Positions 16,513 through 21,757 of a DNA stretch of 21,757 nt are shown in pieces. Position numbers and translations under genes: made by a program. Every line of letters begins with the position of its first letter. The first letter of the stretch is position 1. This DNA comes from Abditibacteriaceae bacterium (GTDB lineage: Bacteria > Armatimonadota > Abditibacteriia > Abditibacteriales > Abditibacteriaceae): assembly GCA_031425655.1 (NCBI GenBank), contig JANPJS010000006.1, forward strand, positions 1 through 21,757, in the 5' to 3' direction. Under the pieces are notes generated by a model. That model had not been told where the DNA came from. It made no database searches and was given only the letters and a program-made list of their open reading frames with translations.

Positions 16513-17818
16513 AACCTTGCGCCTGTGCGAATGGGGCCGCGCCGCACTGGACGGTTGGAGCGCGAACGACCGCGCCGAAGTGCGTCGCGCCGTCGAGAAT
16601 TGGCGATTGAATAATCGCATGGGCATGGCGCCGCTTTCCTGCGATGAAACCGGCCTGCGCGCCCGCCAATGGGTCGGCGTGGTCGAAGCGGCGGGCCGCA
16701 CCATCGAAATTTATCCCAAGCTTGACGCGGCCTTATTGAAAACCAATGCGCCGGACGCCGCACAGGTGCCGACCGTAATGAGCAACCTGCTGTGGATGCT
16801 CGACGTGTCGGCGGAGCGCACGATTTACGAGGCCGATGTAGCGGCGCTGGATGCGCTGGAATCGTTTTTCGATTTGTTCGCATGGCTGCTGGCCCGCCGC
16901 TTGTTAAACGAGTTGCAAAGCGGCCTGCCGCACCGCTACGAAGTGCATCAGGGTGATTTGTCCGGCGTGCGAGGCCGCATCAATCTGACGCGGCAAGTGA
17001 CCACTTTATGGGACAGGCGCGACCGCATCGCCTGCGTTTGGGACGAGTTCACGCCCGACACGCCATTGCTGCGCCTTTTCAAATCTGCCTGTCGCTTTTT
17101 GCAGCCGCGTGCCAAACATCCTGCGACGGTTGGCTTGCTCGCCGATTGTCTGACGATGCTCGACGACGTTTCCGAAATGCCGCCTTTCGAGGCGCTGGCA
17201 CAGGCGCGCGACGTGCGTTGGGATCGCGCCACGCAGCGTTTTCGCACCTCGTTTGACCTTGCGCGGCGCTTGTTGCAAGGCAGCGCGCCGGCTTTGGGCA
17301 GCGGCGACGAAGACACCTTCGTGTTTCTGCTGGACATGAACAAAGTCTTTGAAAACTTCGTAGCCGCCGCGCTCGAAGAACGCTTCCAAACGCGTATCGA
17401 AACCCAAAAACGCGTCGGGTTTCTGTTTCCCGAACTGCTGAAGCACCGCATCGCGCAAGATGCCGACTATTTCTGGCACCGCGACGGCGCGTTGTGGATT
17501 GGCGACGCCAAATACAAGTCGCTGGCCGGCGAAAACGCGCTGACTTTCGCCGCTTTGGACATCGAAGACAACGAAGTGCGCGCCGGACAAGTGCTGTCGC
17601 CGGACGACGTGCGCCAACTCACCGTTTACGCCGAGTTAGCAAGGCTCAAAAATGAGGGACAGGCGCGTCTGGCGCTGTTTTATCCGTTCGTCGGCGCGGG
17701 CACTTTCGCCGCGCGCGGTGCGATGGCGTGGAACGGCTGCGAATTTTATTTGGTGCCAGTGCGCGTCGGCGGGTTCATCGGCGCGCCGCATTTGGACGAT
17801 GCGTTGCCGGATTTTTAG
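16502..17818 (+). CDS. mcrC: McrC-family PD-(D/E)xK restriction nuclease subunit
   Basis: Overlaps the mcrB stop by 11 bp. Motifs WVGVV...IEIYPK, VRGRI, DMNKVFENFV, IGDAKYK and DVRQLTVYA. Confidence 0.92.
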   Translation: MAPETLRLCEWGRAALDGWSANDRAEVRRAVENWRLNNRMGMAPLSCDETGLRARQWVGVVEAAGRTIEIYPKLDAALLKTNAPDAAQVPTVMSNLLWMLDVSAERTIYEADVAALDALESFFDLFAWLLARRLLNELQSGLPHRYEVHQGDLSGVRGRINLTRQVTTLWDRRDRIACVWDEFTPDTPLLRLFKSACRFLQPRAKHPATVGLLADCLTMLDDVSEMPPFEALAQARDVRWDRATQRFRTSFDLARRLLQGSAPALGSGDEDTFVFLLDMNKVFENFVAAALEERFQTRIETQKRVGFLFPELLKHRIAQDADYFWHRDGALWIGDAKYKSLAGENALTFAALDIEDNEVRAGQVLSPDDVRQLTVYAELARLKNEGQARLALFYPFVGAGTFAARGAMAWNGCEFYLVPVRVGGFIGAPHLDDALPDF

Positions 17819-17954
17819 GCGCGTCGCGGCGACTTTCGCCACTTTGGGTAGGGATAACAGGGATAAGTCGGGGCAAAGTGCCATTTGGTTGGGGAAATCT
17901 TGCAATAATCGGGCAACTCTTAACAAAAATTTCAAAAATTCTTAACCCTGAGCC

Positions 17955-17982
17955 TTGTGCCTCGCTGCATCTGACTTATAAT
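17955..17982 (+). promoter_or_regulatory. Candidate sigma70-type promoter of nrdJ
   Basis: TTGTGC (17955-17960), 16-bp spacer, then TATAAT (17977-17982), immediately upstream of tandem NrdR boxes. Confidence 0.6.
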
Positions 17983-17998
17983 GGTTGGTGGCCGCGCG

Positions 17999-18046
17999 AC
18001 CCTATATCTTGTGGTGTAAGCTTTACTCAGACGCAAGATATGGGGC
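17999..18046 (+). promoter_or_regulatory. Tandem NrdR boxes
   Basis: ACCCTATATCTTGTGG (17999-18014) and ACGCAAGATATGGGGC (18031-18046) match the NrdR consensus acaCwAtATaTwGtgt. They lie 32 bp apart, upstream of a ribonucleotide reductase gene. Confidence 0.85.
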
Positions 18047-18455
18047 TGACCGCGAATGCTGCTCTTATTCAAGCCGCACGTTGATGAGCGCCGCGCCGCG
18101 CGTCAGACCGTCTTTCGAGGCCAAAAGCCATCGTTGCACGTTCGCCGTCTTTTGCAGCCCTAATCATCGTTCAATTGCAGCCTCGCCGCAGCACGAAAAT
18201 CGCACATTCGCCACTATGAAGTCCTTTATCATCGTCACATTTGCCGCCCTTCGCGCCATTTCAACGCCGCCCAATCGCACTCTCGCCGCTGGCCCTGCCG
18301 GGTTCACAGGTTCATCCCGCGACTCGATTTGCCCGCGTGCCGGACGTTTGGCACAATGGAACATCGTGTTCGACACCCGGCAGGCCGGCGCGCGGCCACC
18401 TGTTAATTTCTAACGACGCAGCCATCATATTTTTCATCGCACCAGGAGCCACAGC

Positions 18456-21400
18456 ATGACATTCGAGCAAAGCACACACGTTGTAGAAGAAAGCCCGTCC
18501 CACGAGACCGGCGCCGTAATGCAGGAACACGACATGGCGACCATCGAAGAATCCGCCTCGCAACTCGACTTGCCCGTTGCCAACGGCAAAAACGGCCACG
18601 CTAACGCAAGCACCAACGGCGCGGCTCATGCCGTCAACGGCGCGGCGCACGGCGCCAACAGGCCGGCTTCGGCCTATGAAGGCCGCTTGCTGGAAACCGA
18701 CGAAGTCAGCGGCGGCAAATCGTTCGTGCCGATGCCGACGGGCCGCAAGCCCAAAGCCGGGCAGGGTTTGCCGTTCAATCGCCGCTTCACGGTTGCCGGG
18801 CAAGACCCGTTCGAGAGCGTCGAATGGGAAAAGCGCACCGCGGGCATTACCGGCGAAGATGGCCGCGTGGTTTTCGAGCAGAAAGACTGCGAAATCCCCG
18901 CGACGTGGAGCCAACTCGCCACCAATGTGGTTGTCAGCAAGTATTTTCGCGGGCCTCTCGGCTCGCCGCAGCGCGAAAACAGCGTGCGCCAGATTATCGG
19001 GCGTGTCTCGGATACGATTGCCAAATGGGGCGGCGAAGGCGGCTATTTCAAAAGCGAAGCCGATGCGTCCGCTTTCCGCGACGAACTCGTGTATTTGCTG
19101 CTGCATCAATATGGCAGCTTCAACTCGCCGGTTTGGTTCAATATCGGCGTGCCGGGCGTGAAACAGCAGGCCAGCGCGTGTTTCATCAATCAGGTCGCCG
19201 ACAACATGGAATCCATCATGGAATTGGCGGCGACTGAAGCGCGCTTGTTTAAAGGCGGCTCCGGCACGGGCACCAATTTGTCGAAGATTCGCTCCTCGAA
19301 AGAGCATTTGTCAGGCGGCGGCGTGGCCAGCGGCCCCGTTTCCTTTATGAAAGGCTACGACGCTTTCGCCGGAGCGATTAAATCGGGCGGAACGACGCGC
19401 CGCGCCGCGAAAATGGTGATTCTGAACGCCGATCATCCTGATGTCGAAGAGTTCATCACCAGCAAGTCGGACGAGGAAAAGAAGGCGTGGGCGCTCATCG
19501 AAGCGGGTTATAACGGCGGCTTCAACGTGCCGGGCGGCGCTTACGATTCGGTCGCGTTTCAGAACGCCAACCACAGCGTGCGCGTGACCGATGAATTCAT
19601 GCGCGCGGCGGAAAACGGCATGGATTGGACAACGCGCAGCGTCACGGATGGCAAGCCTGTCGCCAAGCACAACGCGCGCACTTTGCTGCACAAAATCGCC
19701 GAATCCACGCACATTTGCGGCGATCCGGGCCTGCAATACGACACCACGATCAACGATTGGCACACCAGCGCCAACACCGACCGCATTTACGCCTCGAATC
19801 CGTGTTCGGAATTCGTTTTCCTCGACGGCACGGCGTGCAACTTGGCCAGCCTGAACTTGATGAAGTTTCGCAAAGACGGCGGCGCCTTCGACGTGGACGC
19901 TTACATTCACGGCTGCGAAGTGTTCATCACGGCGCAGGAAATTCTGGTTTCCAACGCCAGCTATCCGACAGCCACGATTGCTGTTAATTCGGAAGATTTC
20001 CGGCCTCTGGGACTGGGTTATTGCAACTTGGGCGCGCTTTTGATGGCGCAGGGAACGGCTTACGATTCCGACGAAGGTCGCAACTTGGCCGGCGCTCTGA
20101 CGGCGATTATGACCGGCGCGGCGTATCGCCAATCGGCGAAAATCGCCAACATTGTCGGCCCGTTCAGCGGCTATGCCAAAAACCGCGAGCCGATGCTGCG
20201 GGTCATCGGCAAGCACCGCGACGCTGTGGGCCACATTGCGCACTCGATTGTGCCTGAAGACCTGATTAACGCCGCGCATCGCGTGTGGGACGAAGCCTTG
20301 CTGCTCGGCCAGAAGCACGGCTATCGCAATGCGCAAACCACGGTTCTCGCGCCGACCGGCACCATAGCCTTTATGATGGACGCCGACACGACCGGCATCG
20401 AGCCGGACATCGCGCTGGTGAAATACAAGAAGCTGGTCGGCGGCGGCTTGCTGAAAATCGTCAACCAGACGGTGCCCGAAGCCTTGCGCCGTTTGGGTTA
20501 CAGCAGCGCTGAAACCGACGCGATTGTCGAATACATTGACAAAAACGACACCATCGAAGGCGCCCCGATGCTGCGCGACGACGACCTCAACGTCTTCGAC
20601 TGCGCCTTCAAAGCGATGAACGGCACGCGCTCGATTCATTACATGGGCCACGTCAAAATGATGTCCGCCGCGCAGCCATTTTTGTCGGGCGCGATCTCGA
20701 AAACCGTGAATATGCCGCAGGATTGCACGGTTGACGAAATCATGCAGACCTACATCGAAAGCTGGAAAATGGGCCTCAAAGCCGTCGCAATTTACCGCGA
20801 CGGCTCCAAGCGCACGCAGCCGCTTTCGACTTCGAGCGATGCGCAGAAAAAGAGCGCCGTCGAAAAAGAAGTGCGTCGCGCCAGCCGTCGCAAACTGCCC
20901 GACGAGCGCAACAGCATCACGCACAAATTTTCCATCGCCGGTCAGGAAGGCTACTTTACGGTCGGGCTGTATGACGACGGCAGCCCCGGCGAGATTTTCA
21001 TCAAGATGAGCAAGGAAGGCTCGACGATTTCCGGCCTGATGGATTCGTTCGCGGTCGCGGTAAGTTTGTGCCTGCAATATGGCGTGCCGCTGCGCGTTTT
21101 GGTGAACAAGTTCAGCCACGCGCGCTTCGAGCCGGCGGGCTACACCACCAACAAGGACATCCCGATTGCCAAATCGCTGATGGACTACATCTTCCGCTGG
21201 TTCGACCTCAAGTTTCATCCCAGCGGCGACAACGGCCACATCGGCAAACCCGCGCACGCCGGAAGCATTGCGGCCCCGGCTGCTGCAACGCAAGCCACGC
21301 TGATGACTTCATCCGGCGATGGCCACGACGATCACGGTCATGGCGGTCACCAAACGCAAAGCGACGCCCCGCCATGCAGCGAATGCGGCACCATCATGAT

Positions 21401-21458
21401 TCGCGCCGGAGCCTGCTACAAGTGCCCCAACTGCGGCACTACTTCAGGCTGCGGTTAA
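18456..21458 (+). CDS. nrdJ: Vitamin B12-dependent (class II) ribonucleotide reductase
   Basis: AGGAG RBS. FNSPVWFN, SACFI, GGTTRRAAKM, catalytic SNPCSEF, ACNLASLN, APTGTI, AISKTVN and YRDGSK motifs. C-terminal TSCPD-like domain, CSEC...CPNC Zn ribbon and terminal SGC. Confidence 0.96.
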   Translation: MTFEQSTHVVEESPSHETGAVMQEHDMATIEESASQLDLPVANGKNGHANASTNGAAHAVNGAAHGANRPASAYEGRLLETDEVSGGKSFVPMPTGRKPKAGQGLPFNRRFTVAGQDPFESVEWEKRTAGITGEDGRVVFEQKDCEIPATWSQLATNVVVSKYFRGPLGSPQRENSVRQIIGRVSDTIAKWGGEGGYFKSEADASAFRDELVYLLLHQYGSFNSPVWFNIGVPGVKQQASACFINQVADNMESIMELAATEARLFKGGSGTGTNLSKIRSSKEHLSGGGVASGPVSFMKGYDAFAGAIKSGGTTRRAAKMVILNADHPDVEEFITSKSDEEKKAWALIEAGYNGGFNVPGGAYDSVAFQNANHSVRVTDEFMRAAENGMDWTTRSVTDGKPVAKHNARTLLHKIAESTHICGDPGLQYDTTINDWHTSANTDRIYASNPCSEFVFLDGTACNLASLNLMKFRKDGGAFDVDAYIHGCEVFITAQEILVSNASYPTATIAVNSEDFRPLGLGYCNLGALLMAQGTAYDSDEGRNLAGALTAIMTGAAYRQSAKIANIVGPFSGYAKNREPMLRVIGKHRDAVGHIAHSIVPEDLINAAHRVWDEALLLGQKHGYRNAQTTVLAPTGTIAFMMDADTTGIEPDIALVKYKKLVGGGLLKIVNQTVPEALRRLGYSSAETDAIVEYIDKNDTIEGAPMLRDDDLNVFDCAFKAMNGTRSIHYMGHVKMMSAAQPFLSGAISKTVNMPQDCTVDEIMQTYIESWKMGLKAVAIYRDGSKRTQPLSTSSDAQKKSAVEKEVRRASRRKLPDERNSITHKFSIAGQEGYFTVGLYDDGSPGEIFIKMSKEGSTISGLMDSFAVAVSLCLQYGVPLRVLVNKFSHARFEPAGYTTNKDIPIAKSLMDYIFRWFDLKFHPSGDNGHIGKPAHAGSIAAPAAATQATLMTSSGDGHDDHGHGGHQTQSDAPPCSECGTIMIRAGACYKCPNCGTTSGCG

Positions 21459-21469
21459 GAAGCAAACAA

Positions 21470-21505
21470 AAAGAGTACGGTCGATTGCGACCGTACTCTT
21501 TATTA
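21470..21505 (+). terminator. Intrinsic terminator after nrdJ (possibly bidirectional)
   Basis: 14-bp perfect stem AAAGAGTACGGTCG / CGACCGTACTCTTT with an ATTG loop. A-run before and T-rich tail after. Confidence 0.85.
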
Positions 21506-21552
21506 AAAACCGATTTCACTCATTTCAAGAAAAACATACAGGATAATTAAAA

Positions 21553-21757
21553 ATGCTACAGGTTCACATTCCTTTGAGCGAAGTAGAAACAGAAATTCTG
21601 AAAATTGTGCTTGCGAAGGAAATTAAAACACCGCATAAGAATTTCTATCCAGCAAGCTCCATAGTAGAAGATTGTCGTCAGGCCAACATTTCAGAGAACG
21701 ATGTAGAAGAATCTCTTTTGTGCCTAAAAGATAGGGGACTTCTAAATGAATCCGTAC
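21553..21757 (+). CDS. Partial AT-rich hypothetical protein (possible winged-helix N-terminus), truncated by the window edge
   Basis: ATG 21553 follows CAGGA and the frame stays open to the window end: MLQVHIPLSEVETEILKIVLAKE...ISENDVEESLLCLKDRGLL. Confidence 0.6.
   Translation, partial: MLQVHIPLSEVETEILKIVLAKEIKTPHKNFYPASSIVEDCRQANISENDVEESLLCLKDRGLLNESV

Noticed and set aside
9979..17818. Assignment as a CoCoNuT system
   Set aside because: No extended coiled-coil subunits or HEPN effector were seen. The helicase has a TM0106-like nuclease N-terminus, so any link is left as a hypothesis.
17849..17866. Near match to the I-SceI site (TAGGGATAACAGGG, then ATAA instead of TAAT)
   Set aside because: Only the first 14 of 18 bases match contiguously, the match is explained by a local AGGGATAA tandem, and there is no other sign of engineered DNA.
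17985..18413. 142-aa ORF upstream of nrdJ
   Set aside because: It starts within the promoter/NrdR-box region, lacks a clear RBS and has no recognisable protein features.
19311..21293. 660-aa minus-strand ORF
   Set aside because: It is the antisense shadow of the strongly codon-biased nrdJ and has no recognisable motifs.
18456..21458. Intein or group I intron in nrdJ
   Set aside because: The NPCSE region and the other catalytic motifs are contiguous, and the length is ordinary for this class.

Overview
GC-rich bacterial chromosomal window that mixes core genes with accessory cassettes. In order: a MarR regulator divergent from a fused ABC exporter with a Zn-ribbon N-terminus; an AbrB-like/VapC toxin-antitoxin pair; an orphan hicB; a DUF2314-like lipoprotein; a secreted beta-helix protein; a second antitoxin/PIN pair whose toxin is split by a 203-bp non-autonomous element; a Zn-dependent dehydrogenase; nadB; a 1442-aa Cas4/RecB-like nuclease-SF1 helicase fusion; mcrB-mcrC; a promoter with two NrdR boxes; class II ribonucleotide reductase nrdJ with its terminator; and the start of an AT-rich ORF. 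Three observations stand out. (1) The McrB N-terminal targeting domain looks like a ParB/Spo0J helical DNA-binding region. It sits on an AT-rich patch together with five 13-bp direct repeats at about 21-bp period just upstream, which makes it a candidate undescribed McrBC defence variant. (2) Both TA cassettes are bracketed by about 40-bp duplications of the neighbouring core gene's terminus. (3) The insertion element has IS5-like ends and carries a REPIN-like doublet. All family calls come from motif recognition by eye; no searches were run.
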